A DNA stretch of 51,968 bases from Pseudomonadota bacterium (GTDB lineage Bacteria; UBA10199; 2-02-FULL-44-16; JAAZCA01), in assembly GCA_043822785.1 (NCBI GenBank), contig JBDRBN010000068.1, forward strand, positions 1-51,968, read 5' to 3'. Below the pieces are notes generated by a model. That model did no database searches. It was not told the origin of the DNA and was given only the letters and a program-made list of their open reading frames with translations. Positions 36,347-45,216 of the stretch are shown piece by piece. Numbering within the stretch: the stretch's first letter is position 1; every line of letters begins with the position of its first letter. The position numbers and the translations under genes are program-made.

Positions 36347-37225
36347 ATGAGAATAATAAATATTGGATTGTGGTTGTCATCGCGAGCCCGCGTAAGCGGG
36401 CGTGGCGATCTCCGTAAGTTTGGGAGATTGCTTCGTCGTTTCACTCCTCGCAATGACATTCTCGGGGTTGTGATCATAATTTCTTTAGTTTTCCTTGCAG
36501 GATGCGGAGGCGGCAATGAAGGGATGGCTTCAGCAGGAATGCTTGCTCTTAAAGTGACCAAGGCATCCAACTTTAATCCTGCAGTCGATCACGGCCTCAT
36601 AAAAAACTATCGCGTTACTGTAAGCGGAGAAGGGATAGAGCCCCCTATAGTTGCCGAGTTTGAAGGCGATGCGAGCGAAGGTGTGGTTGAAGGTGTGCCG
36701 ACTGGTGATAACAGAACCATTTCAGTCAAGGCAATAAATGCAAACGATACGACCATACATACCGGCGAAGCATATGATGTGAACGTGGGCGGCGGCCTCA
36801 ATGAAGTTGCGATCCAACTTGAAGCAGTTCCCATTTTCACAAACATCGCAGATGGCAATACAATCGACAACACACGGCTGGTATTCGAGGTATTTTCAGA
36901 CCCCAAAAATCCCGTGGTGATTGAAGAGCTAAGCCAAAGCAAATCCCAGGCCCTCATCAACGCGGCAACAAACGTTGCAGAAATCCATCTAAACGAATCA
37001 ACAGGATTAGGAAGGCTTGCCCCAACTCTCATGGGGCCTGGCGAGCGCAAGTTCGCGGTCATTGATGTGGTAACGAACAGATCCAATGAGGTGAACGTGC
37101 TTATCACAGACGGAACGCAAAAAAGGGCCGCGCCTACGGTCTCGGCAACCCTCACGGGACCAAATGCGCGCGCATGTTCGTCTGTTATGTGTGCGCCCGC
37201 AGTGTGGATGAATGGAGTCTGGTGA
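36347..37225 (+). CDS. Lipoprotein (beta-sandwich-like) with a repeat inserted in its signal peptide
   Basis: SD GAGGTG, lipobox FLAGC. Confidence 0.7.
   Translation: MRIINIGLWLSSRARVSGRGDLRKFGRLLRRFTPRNDILGVVIIISLVFLAGCGGGNEGMASAGMLALKVTKASNFNPAVDHGLIKNYRVTVSGEGIEPPIVAEFEGDASEGVVEGVPTGDNRTISVKAINANDTTIHTGEAYDVNVGGGLNEVAIQLEAVPIFTNIADGNTIDNTRLVFEVFSDPKNPVVIEELSQSKSQALINAATNVAEIHLNESTGLGRLAPTLMGPGERKFAVIDVVTNRSNEVNVLITDGTQKRAAPTVSATLTGPNARACSSVMCAPAVWMNGVW
36375..36458. repeat. 84-bp palindromic REP/RPE-like element (TGTCATCGCGAG...CTCGCAATGACA) in frame in a CDS
   Basis: Terminal inverted repeats; relatives at 40054-40123 and 51901-51968. Confidence 0.85.
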
Positions 37226-37256
37226 GCTCGTCTTTAATGGAAAACAGGAGGTAGTC

Positions 37257-39623
37257 ATGCGATTTCTTATTATATTTGTAATATCTCTCATGCTCATAAC
37301 TGCAGGCTGCGGGGGAGGCGGCAATAAGGCGTTTGAACTCACGCCCATGTATCCCGAGAAGCTTAATCAGTTTGCAGATACGCTTGAGGCAGAAGCCATG
37401 CTCATTTCAGGCGAGGGCGCATCAGGCATCCTCTCATATCCTGCCAAAGGAACGCTAAGCGATGGAGTTTGGACCTTTGATATCAAATCCATAAACGGAG
37501 CTGATTTAACCGGCGCATATCTTAAGGTTGAATTCAATATAACGACCGCGTCTTTGGCCGGAATTGCGATCTTGAGAATGCAGCTCGATTCGCCAAATGG
37601 CTGCGCACTCACGGCTTCTGAGTCTCAGTACGATTTTTCTATCGATGATGATGGAGATGGGCTTGTGAATATCGACGAGCTCATATCTGGCGCAGATCCT
37701 AAAGATCCTGACACCGACGGCGACGGCGTCTTTGACGGTGTTGATGCCTTTCCTTCGCTTTCGGATGAATGGAGCGATATTGATTCTGATGGCATAGGCG
37801 ATAATTCTGATGATGATATTGATGGAGATGGCCTCACAAACCATGACGAGCTGCTCTTTGGAACTGACCCAAGACTCTTTGATACAGATAAAGACGGAGT
37901 AGGCGATGGAGATGATATTTGCCCGGTGCACACAGATCCTGATCAGAATGATGCGGATGGAGATGGCAGGGGGGATGTATGCGATGACGATTCAGATGGC
38001 GATGGACTTTCAGATGCGCAAGAAGATGCGCTCGGCACAGATCCGCATAAACTCGACACAGATGGCGACGGCCTAGGAGATGGCACAGAAGTAAATTTAG
38101 GTAGCAATCCCCTAAGCACTGACACCGACAAAGATGGAGTTGGAGATCTTGGCGATTCATGTCCTTCCATAGCCAATCCCTCACAGGAAGATATGGATGG
38201 AGACGGAGCTGGTGATGTATGTGACCAAGATCGAGATGGCGATTTGATCGCGAATGCCTCTGACAACTGCCCTGATGATGCGAATGCAGATCAGTCAGAT
38301 GTGGATACAGACGATTCTGGCGATGTGTGCGATCTAGATGCTGATGGCGATGGCATTTCAAATGAAACGGACAACTGCCCGTTTGTCGCTAATCCCATGC
38401 AGCTTGCCACTGATGCTGATGCAGATGGGGTGAATGTAGAATGTGATTTGGACGACACCGATCCTGGCGTGAAAGATGATCGCTCTGCAATATTCGTGGA
38501 TGTGGCGCATGGTTCTGACAATAATTTAGGTACGCGCGCAGCTCCTGTGGCCTCGATCGCCTCTGGAGTTGCTAAGGCTTTGACAAAAGGGTTTCCTGTC
38601 TTGGTCGCTGCAGGAATCTATGATGTCTCAAATCTATTGCTTTCATCAGGCGCGCAGGTATTTGGCGGTTTTGCAAATAGCACTGAAAAAGCGCTTCGTT
38701 TTGCATCGCGCAATGTACGCTCAGATGCTTCTGGATATCGCACCCAGCTTGTGCGCGCCGATGTGCCCACTACGCTTGTTGTTGCGAACGAAGGTATAAC
38801 AATAAACGGATTTCACATAGATAACCTTGCGACTTCGTTTGATCCAATAGATCCATCAGTCACACTTGAAGTCATAGCGGGCAATGCTTTTATCGAGCGC
38901 AATACGATTAATGGAAATTCATCATCCCCAAACAGCATGGCGCTTAAGGTGAGCGGCGGAAGCGCAAGCGTCTTTCGCAACCATGTTTATGGCGGCAGCT
39001 TCGATGCTGCAGGCAGCAAGAGTACGGGATTATCTATAGACAACGGCGGGCTTATTGCTGCTCATAACATCATAGCAGCTGGCAGCGGGCGCTTTGCTAC
39101 AGGAGTTGAGCTTTCAAATGCATCGCCTGTGCTTGTGAACAACACAATTGATGGAAGGTCTATAAATAATCAGATCGGAAGTTCAGAAGGGTTGGTCATA
39201 GAGAACGCCTCTCCATTAGCGGTCAACAATCTGATCTTCACCGGCATTGCACCAGACCAGTATCCACTTGTCTGCTGGGCAGGAAATCCAAGCGCACAAT
39301 CAGCATTCAAATATAATGTGCTGGCGCGTTTTCCTTATGATGGCGCTGCGCCGCTCGTGCGCAGTTGCGATGGCCTTACATATACTGATGCGAACTTTCA
39401 AATGGGTTTAGCATTAGTTCAATTCAACAGAGCTTTCCAAGGGGCAAATCCATCAGAACTCATCAATAATAATTATAACTTAATAGGCAGCGGTGGAAGC
39501 GCTGATGGCAAGGATGATGGCATGGATGCAAAAGATCCAAGCTCTGGAATTTTAGATGAGGATTTCTTTGGTGCAAATCGGCCGCAAGGAGCCAGCTGGG
39601 ATATTGGAGCAACTGAACAGTGA
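37257..39623 (+). CDS. Lipoprotein with thrombospondin type-3 Ca-binding repeats and a C-terminal DUF1565/pectin-lyase-like beta-helix
   Basis: SD AGGAGG, lipobox ITAGC, many D.DGDG.GD.CD / DNCP..AN..Q repeats, GSD.N.GT...P..SI, ends WDIGATE. Confidence 0.85.
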   Translation: MRFLIIFVISLMLITAGCGGGGNKAFELTPMYPEKLNQFADTLEAEAMLISGEGASGILSYPAKGTLSDGVWTFDIKSINGADLTGAYLKVEFNITTASLAGIAILRMQLDSPNGCALTASESQYDFSIDDDGDGLVNIDELISGADPKDPDTDGDGVFDGVDAFPSLSDEWSDIDSDGIGDNSDDDIDGDGLTNHDELLFGTDPRLFDTDKDGVGDGDDICPVHTDPDQNDADGDGRGDVCDDDSDGDGLSDAQEDALGTDPHKLDTDGDGLGDGTEVNLGSNPLSTDTDKDGVGDLGDSCPSIANPSQEDMDGDGAGDVCDQDRDGDLIANASDNCPDDANADQSDVDTDDSGDVCDLDADGDGISNETDNCPFVANPMQLATDADADGVNVECDLDDTDPGVKDDRSAIFVDVAHGSDNNLGTRAAPVASIASGVAKALTKGFPVLVAAGIYDVSNLLLSSGAQVFGGFANSTEKALRFASRNVRSDASGYRTQLVRADVPTTLVVANEGITINGFHIDNLATSFDPIDPSVTLEVIAGNAFIERNTINGNSSSPNSMALKVSGGSASVFRNHVYGGSFDAAGSKSTGLSIDNGGLIAAHNIIAAGSGRFATGVELSNASPVLVNNTIDGRSINNQIGSSEGLVIENASPLAVNNLIFTGIAPDQYPLVCWAGNPSAQSAFKYNVLARFPYDGAAPLVRSCDGLTYTDANFQMGLALVQFNRAFQGANPSELINNNYNLIGSGGSADGKDDGMDAKDPSSGILDEDFFGANRPQGASWDIGATEQ

Positions 39624-40099
39624 AAACAAAGATAACAATGCTTCTGCTTTTTGTGCTGTGCGTTTGCGGATGTGCCCGCGCGCACTCTCCCAACACAGCA
39701 GCACAGGTTAAGCAGACCCAGAATCTAAAGAGTCTTGCACAGCGCATCTTTTTTCCATTCGCAAGCTATAGGGTGAAAAAGAAAGACAGGGCAACGCTTG
39801 TAAGCAATGCACAATGGATGCGCCAGAATCCAGATGTTGTGATCATTCTTGAAGGACACTGCGATGAGAGAGGAAGTCGTGAGTTCAATATGGAGTTGGG
39901 CGATAGGCGCGCACGATCCGTTATGGCAGAGATGATGCGAGAGGGCGTGGATGAGGATAGGCTCATTGTGATTTCAAAAGGAGAGCTGGAACCGCTCGAT
40001 GGGCGCCATATTCCCAAAGCCTGGAGAAAAAACAGAAGGGTGGAGTTTCGGAATGTCATCGCGAGCCCAGCACCAGACGGTGCTGGGCGCCTGCCCTGA
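39620..40099 (+). CDS. OmpA/Pal-like peptidoglycan-binding lipoprotein
   Basis: IFF.F.S, LEGHCDERGSREFNMELGDRRA, ISKGE..P, NRRVEF. Confidence 0.88.
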   Translation: MKTKITMLLLFVLCVCGCARAHSPNTAAQVKQTQNLKSLAQRIFFPFASYRVKKKDRATLVSNAQWMRQNPDVVIILEGHCDERGSREFNMELGDRRARSVMAEMMREGVDEDRLIVISKGELEPLDGRHIPKAWRKNRRVEFRNVIASPAPDGAGRLP

Positions 40100-40123
40100 G
40101 CAAAGTCGAAGGGTGGCGATCCC
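40054..40123. repeat. Nested REP-like repeat supplying the OmpA C-terminus and stop codon
   Basis: tgtcatcgcgagccc...gggcg[cctgccctgagcaaagtcgaaggg]tggcgatccc. Confidence 0.7.
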
Positions 40124-40149
40124 AGAAATTAATTTAAGAGGAGGTTAAA

Positions 40150-41370
40150 ATGAAATCCACAATAATGAGTTTGATGTTCGTAATGATGATGTTCCTCTTT
40201 CCTGGTTTAGCTTCTGCAGATCAAGCGCAGGTGCCGAATGTGATAGGATATCACTCGGTCATATTTGATGAAGGCGGCAACCCCATAGCTGATGGCGAGG
40301 TGAATGTATGGTTTAGGATAATCGATGCTGCCGGCGCTGTGCTCTACGAGGAAACCCAGTCTGTCACAGCTGTGGGAGGTCAGGTTTCTGCACTCATAGG
40401 AAACGGGCTGACTTCAGATAGTGCGCCTACTGGCGGAGTGCCCATAGATGCGCTTAATCCTTTTGGCAGGTATCTTGAAGTTGAAGTTGAAGGTAAGAGC
40501 CCTCTTCCTGCAATGGAGCTTGCAAGCGTGCCATATGCGAGCTTTGCACAGGTAGCGCTTGGAGCAGGCGAGGGCGCCATAGATGGCAATGCAATAAAGG
40601 ACAAAAGCATCTCATTTGATGATCTGAGCGATGATATCATTGATAAGATGGCGCAAAAATTAGGTGGAGCAGGAGCAAACTCAATAGTTCTTAAGGAGAA
40701 TCTGGATACGCTCTACAGAAGCCCCTCTGCAGCAGCGAGCATAGGCGTTTCAAGGGGGCTTAGTTTTTCAGGCGCCAATGATCTGCAAGGTGTGTTGCGC
40801 GATTTAGACCGCGCCATCGCGCGACGCGAAGAGAAAATAGAAACAACAGACGCAGCCCTAACAGCAGAGGTGAGTGCAAGGGCAAGTGCAATTGCTCAAG
40901 AAGCATCTGCAAGAGCTAATGCAGACGCCACAAAGGTCTCCAAATCAGGCGATACCATGGATGGCACGCTTCATATGAATGCCAACATCACATTGGCAGG
41001 TGGCTTTACTGTAGATGGAGTTGATATTGGAAATCTTCAAGCAAGCGTTTCAGCCATTGAAAATCCGCAGCTCCTTTCCTTTACAAGAAGCATCTGGGGC
41101 ACTGTTTCACCAGGCCAAGGCGTAGCCGAGTTTCATGGGGAGAATGCGAGCGCAACCTTAATTCAGCCGGGCAAGTATCGCATAACGTTTACGCAAGCTT
41201 TATCTGATGAATACTATGCAGCAGTGGTTACTCCTACAAATGATGCAAAGGCAGCAGATGCAAGCACTGCAGCGCCGCTCATAATATCAGATAAGACAGC
41301 GGATGGATTTACAGTGAATGTTCTTGGTATGACCTTGCAGTCCTTTGACTTCATCGTGATGGGTCATTAG
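40150..41370 (+). CDS. Secreted phage-tail-fibre-like (trimeric adhesin-like) protein
   Basis: Signal peptide; N-domain ending YLEVEV..L.SVPYA; E.SAR..A coiled coil; KVSKSGDTM.G.L fibre motif; C-terminal GKYRITF...Y.AVVT. Confidence 0.65.
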   Translation: MKSTIMSLMFVMMMFLFPGLASADQAQVPNVIGYHSVIFDEGGNPIADGEVNVWFRIIDAAGAVLYEETQSVTAVGGQVSALIGNGLTSDSAPTGGVPIDALNPFGRYLEVEVEGKSPLPAMELASVPYASFAQVALGAGEGAIDGNAIKDKSISFDDLSDDIIDKMAQKLGGAGANSIVLKENLDTLYRSPSAAASIGVSRGLSFSGANDLQGVLRDLDRAIARREEKIETTDAALTAEVSARASAIAQEASARANADATKVSKSGDTMDGTLHMNANITLAGGFTVDGVDIGNLQASVSAIENPQLLSFTRSIWGTVSPGQGVAEFHGENASATLIQPGKYRITFTQALSDEYYAAVVTPTNDAKAADASTAAPLIISDKTADGFTVNVLGMTLQSFDFIVMGH

Positions 41371-41371
41371 T

Positions 41372-41899
41372 TTATTCTTTAAAAGGGCAGGGCCGCGCTC
41401 TGATAAACATATCAACTCTGCAGTCACCAAGAGTGAGTTTCCAGAACGTACTCCAAGCATTTGCAGACATGGGCTTATTTTTGCCATAGATGTCGTGATT
41501 AAAATAGAAATTGAACTCCACATCGATAAGTTTGGATGAAAATCCCGGTACATTCTTATAGTTAGGCGCCCTATTTTCTAGTACTGCGCGTACGCCTTCA
41601 AACAGCGCATTTACGAGCATAGCATGCATGTTTTGCATGTCTTTGGCTGAACTTTCGTCGCTCTTTTGTTGGGCGACATAACTCTTAAGCCCTGCTGTTG
41701 CGTCAAAGACCCTTTTAATACCTGGTTGGTGAGTTTTGTACTTCTTAGCATAGAGCTTTGCTAGGCCTACTAGGTCAAAACCCATATATTGCCCATCAAG
41801 CTTTGGCTTATTTTTTTTCGCATCTGATGCATCGAGCTGCTTCATCGGCTCCAATACTGGAGCGGTCCAGGTTGGAAACCCTTTTGTCCAATCTCCCAT
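41372..41899 (-). CDS. Hypothetical protein, 175 aa (start MGDWTK)
   Basis: SD GAAGGAG before ATG at 41899; the longer 294-aa ORF call overlaps the divergent gene. Confidence 0.6.
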   Translation of the reverse strand: MGDWTKGFPTWTAPVLEPMKQLDASDAKKNKPKLDGQYMGFDLVGLAKLYAKKYKTHQPGIKRVFDATAGLKSYVAQQKSDESSAKDMQNMHAMLVNALFEGVRAVLENRAPNYKNVPGFSSKLIDVEFNFYFNHDIYGKNKPMSANAWSTFWKLTLGDCRVDMFIRARPCPFKE

Positions 41900-42079
41900 G
41901 ATGTTCTCCTTCTTAATGATGTGAGGCAGTTTTCTAGCAGCATTTGCCAGGCAAGGGACGTAAAAAATGCCGTAGATGCATTTCTTGCTGCATTTGCTGG
42001 CAGCACATTTTTCTTGCTGGCTTTTTCGCATCCAGTTATAGTGCCTGCCAGTCGCTAACGCTAACAAAGGAGGGTGGTT

Positions 42080-42475
42080 ATGAAAAAGTTTTTTGTAGTG
42101 GCAGGTATTTTGGCAGTAGCAGCATTTTTGATCTTTACAGCCAGCAAGGGTTTTGCCTGGGGAGTGCCAAGCAGCGTAACAGAAGCAACAAAGACGGTGA
42201 CAGAAGGTCCCCAGCAAGCAGCATATGATGCCTGCAACGCTTGGGCAAATCAGCACAAAGACAACATGTCCTTCAATAGCTCAAACATCGAGAACGAGAT
42301 ACATAGCAGAGAGTTTTCAGATACCATCTATGAGAAAGACTACCGCAAGGGCGGAAGCGATTATGACAAGAAGAATCAGAGGCTGGAGTTGAGGGCGACC
42401 TATAACCAGTTTGCCGAAGTTAAGATTCGCTGCGATAAAGAGAAGTGCAACAGCATTTGGTGCAACAAGAAATAA
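42080..42475 (+). CDS. Small secreted Cys-containing hypothetical protein
   Basis: SD AGGAGG, signal peptide MKKFF...GFA, four Cys. Confidence 0.7.
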   Translation: MKKFFVVAGILAVAAFLIFTASKGFAWGVPSSVTEATKTVTEGPQQAAYDACNAWANQHKDNMSFNSSNIENEIHSREFSDTIYEKDYRKGGSDYDKKNQRLELRATYNQFAEVKIRCDKEKCNSIWCNKK

Positions 42476-42499
42476 TGCAGCTGTGATCGATGCTTAATA

Positions 42500-42534
42500 G
42501 AAAGCGCCCCCCAAGGTCGTTGGGGGGCGCTTTC
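42500..42534 (+). terminator. GC-rich hairpin, probable terminator
   Basis: gaaagcgccccccaa-ggtcg-ttggggggcgctttc. Confidence 0.65.
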
Positions 42535-42538
42535 GCAG

Positions 42539-42613
42539 GGGCGTTTAGCTCAGCGGAAGAGCATCCGCCTTACACGCGGAGGGTCACAGGTTCAAATCCT
42601 GTAACGCCCACCA
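42539..42613 (+). tRNA. tRNA-Val(TAC)
   Basis: Cloverleaf: GGGCGTT/AACGCCC acceptor stem, anticodon loop CTTACAC, GGTTCAAATCC, encoded CCA. Confidence 0.95.
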
Positions 42614-42741
42614 AAGAGCAGGGAATAGGGGATAGGAAGTGGGGAATAGGGCGAGCAGACTATATTGACTTTTAAATGAGTTAGGATAAGAAGCGCGATT
42701 TGTGAGCCGGCAATATTGAAAACGCAGTTTATTTATTCAGC

Positions 42742-42815
42742 GGGGCTGTAGATCAATTGGTTGGATCGCCGCCCTGTCACGGCGGAGGTTGCGGGTTCGA
42801 GTCCCGTCAGCCCCG
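42742..42815 (+). tRNA. tRNA-Asp(GTC), CCA not encoded
   Basis: GGGGCTG/CAGCCCC acceptor stem, loop CTGTCAC, GGTTCGAGTCC. Confidence 0.93.
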
Positions 42816-42967
42816 CTGAATAAATAACTGTAATCAAGGTAATCCTGAGGCGAGCAAATCATAGCGCACGGCAGCAATAATAACGATGCGACCGATAAGG
42901 GAGCATCGTTATCCTTTATCAGGGGTTCGCCCTGCTATGCAGCAGGGCGCCATGCCGAATGGCATGG

Positions 42968-42986
42968 CGAGTCCCGTCAGCCCCGC
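42968..42986 (+). repeat. 19-bp duplicate of the tRNA-Asp 3' end (CGAGTCCCGTCAGCCCCGC)
   Basis: Identical to 42798-42816. Confidence 0.85.
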
Positions 42987-43142
42987 AGGATAAACATCAA
43001 TAAAGCTGTCGTTCAAATGAAAACCTGCCAAATCTTTTGACAATGCCTTAAGCCGCATTTAATGATATATCATATCTGGCACTAAACCCTATCATCTATT
43101 GCGTGTATTGCGTGGCAAAAGAATTTTTTTAAGGAGAATATC

Positions 43143-44372
43143 ATGAAGAAATTATTGATCTTCGTGAGTATCGCGATTCTCACATTAACAGCTGGTTGCG
43201 GTGGCTCAAGTGGAGGAGGCGGCGGAGGTGGTGGTTCTGATTATGAAAATATAGGTGCAGCAGCGAATGCTGAAGGCACCGGTGCGGTCATGGGCGATAC
43301 AGACGGCAATTTGATGACCGTACAGGCTGGCTCAGTTACCTGGAAGACGCCAGATGGTAACGATATAGTGATGTACTACGGCAGCGACGGTTATCCCACT
43401 AGGGCAGTGATCGCTGGCCAGGTCATACTCTTTGGCGGTTGGGACACTACCAACAACACGGTCAACATCGGCATGATCCAGGCCGATGGCACAACAAAGA
43501 CCGAACATAATGTTGCAGTTGACGCTGATATCATGTCCCGCTTGCAGACCCTTATCACAAATCTTTCCGGCGCAAATGCTTCTATAATCACTTCATTAGA
43601 TAGTGCAGGTGTAGAGAAGTGGGACTGGCCTACGATCAGCAGCGCGCAGCTGGCAAATGCAGTGCAGTTTGGAGGCACACTCTTTAGCGCAGGGCTTTGC
43701 GGCGCGTCCATTGGTACAGCGCTTGCTTCCGGCGGCATAGCAACTCCGGGTGTGGCTTTGGCCTGTGCATCTACTGCAATGTACTTTGCTTCTGCGGCTG
43801 GACTGGTGGGTGAAGATTCAACGTTTACTAATGCCACTGGCGGAACCCTTATTCTTATCGATGCTGCACAGTGCGCGGGTGGCGATCCAACAGCTTGTGC
43901 AGGTATAGTGATCGAGGCTGCAGGCACTGCTCTGGAAAGTGCATCAGATACGCAAGAGAATTTAAACACAGAGATACAGATAGTAGAAATGGGGCTTCCC
44001 TATGGCGGTGGTGCGGTTCAGGTGACGCTTAGTTGGTCCGAGCAAGTTGACATCGATCTCTATGTAACCGACCCTGATGGTGAAACGATCTATTACGGCC
44101 ATACCACTAGCGCTAGCGGTGGCCTGCTGGATCACGATGATAGAGATGGTGGTACTACAGCCGAACCTGCTGCCGAAAATATATATTGGCTCTCAGGTGC
44201 GCCAACCGGCACTTATACAGTGGAGGTCGACTACTATAGCTCGTCCGGTCCGGCGACGACTTACGAGATCGTCATCAGTGTTGATGGCACGATCATCGCC
44301 GATCCATATACTGGTACGCTTACAAGTTCTGATCCAAAGACGCTCGTGACAACGTTTACGTATCCTCAATAG
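43143..44372 (+). CDS. Lipoprotein with C-terminal YfaP/DUF2135-like domain
   Basis: Lipobox LTAGC, Gly linker; VTLSW...DIDLYVTDPDGETIYY...GG.LD.DD...ENIYW...GTY.VEVDYY. Confidence 0.75.
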   Translation: MKKLLIFVSIAILTLTAGCGGSSGGGGGGGGSDYENIGAAANAEGTGAVMGDTDGNLMTVQAGSVTWKTPDGNDIVMYYGSDGYPTRAVIAGQVILFGGWDTTNNTVNIGMIQADGTTKTEHNVAVDADIMSRLQTLITNLSGANASIITSLDSAGVEKWDWPTISSAQLANAVQFGGTLFSAGLCGASIGTALASGGIATPGVALACASTAMYFASAAGLVGEDSTFTNATGGTLILIDAAQCAGGDPTACAGIVIEAAGTALESASDTQENLNTEIQIVEMGLPYGGGAVQVTLSWSEQVDIDLYVTDPDGETIYYGHTTSASGGLLDHDDRDGGTTAEPAAENIYWLSGAPTGTYTVEVDYYSSSGPATTYEIVISVDGTIIADPYTGTLTSSDPKTLVTTFTYPQ

Positions 44373-44375
44373 CGC

Positions 44376-45212
44376 ATGAATGAACTCTCTATTCTAAAGG
44401 CCGTGCTCTTGGGCGCCATTCAGGGTGCAACTGAATTTCTACCTGTTTCGAGCTCAGGTCATCTTACGATCGCACAAAGCCTTCTTGGCGTTAAGCTAGA
44501 AGGAGGCGGGCTATTAGCATTTGATGTATGCTTACACTTTGGCACGCTTTTAGCTGTGATCATATTTTTTCGCAGAGAGCTGTGGCAGATCATAGCCAGC
44601 ATCTTTCGCACAGGTTCTGATGAAAGACCCCAGAAGGGCCTAAGCGTTTTGCAGGCTAGGCGCTTGGGGCTAATGATAATAATTGGCACCATACCAGCTG
44701 TGATAGTGGGTCCGCTCCTTAACGATTATTTTGAACAACTCGTTTCCAATGCAATGTCTGCTGCCTTTATGCTGCTCATAACAGGTGCAATACTATGGGG
44801 CACGCGCTGGGTAAGAGTAGGAAGGATAGATATTGCACACATGGGGTTTTTGCGCGCGTTTCTTGTTGGAATTGCTCAGGCGATTGCCATAATACCCGGC
44901 ATATCGCGTTCTGGATCAACCATATCAGCTGGGCTTTATCTTGGAATCGACCGTGATCTTTCAGCTCGCTTTGCATTTCTCTTGGCTGTACCTGCCATCG
45001 CAGGTGCAACGATCTTTAAACTCGAAGATCTCGCGAATTTTTCGCATGATATCATCATCGCTACGATTGCAGGCACAGTTATTGCGGCAGTTGTGGGCTT
45101 TGCCTGTATAAAGTGGCTTTTGGGAATTGTTAGGCGCGGGCACATATCATGGTTTGCGCCTTATTGTTGGACAGTGGGAATTGCGACAATAATTTATTCA
45201 CTTATGAAATAA
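44376..45212 (+). CDS. uppP: Undecaprenyl-diphosphate phosphatase
   Basis: QGATEFLPVSSSGHL, HFGTLLA, PGISRSGSTI. Confidence 0.95.
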   Translation: MNELSILKAVLLGAIQGATEFLPVSSSGHLTIAQSLLGVKLEGGGLLAFDVCLHFGTLLAVIIFFRRELWQIIASIFRTGSDERPQKGLSVLQARRLGLMIIIGTIPAVIVGPLLNDYFEQLVSNAMSAAFMLLITGAILWGTRWVRVGRIDIAHMGFLRAFLVGIAQAIAIIPGISRSGSTISAGLYLGIDRDLSARFAFLLAVPAIAGATIFKLEDLANFSHDIIIATIAGTVIAAVVGFACIKWLLGIVRRGHISWFAPYCWTVGIATIIYSLMK

Positions 45213-45216
45213 ATCT

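Noticed and set aside
37630..38470. Asp-rich repetitive DNA as a repeat array, and its antisense ORFs
   Set aside because: Explained by thrombospondin type-3 protein repeats; the antisense Ser/Pro- and His-rich ORFs are shadows.
40150..41370. Prophage remnant
   Set aside because: The fibre-like gene has a Sec signal peptide and there are no capsid, terminase, baseplate or integrase genes nearby.
41900..42256. N-terminal extension of the 294-aa minus-strand ORF
   Set aside because: Overlaps the divergent secreted gene and intergenic DNA; a strong SD supports the start at 41899.
42490..42675. 61-aa ORF
   Set aside because: It is the terminator and tRNA-Val read as codons.
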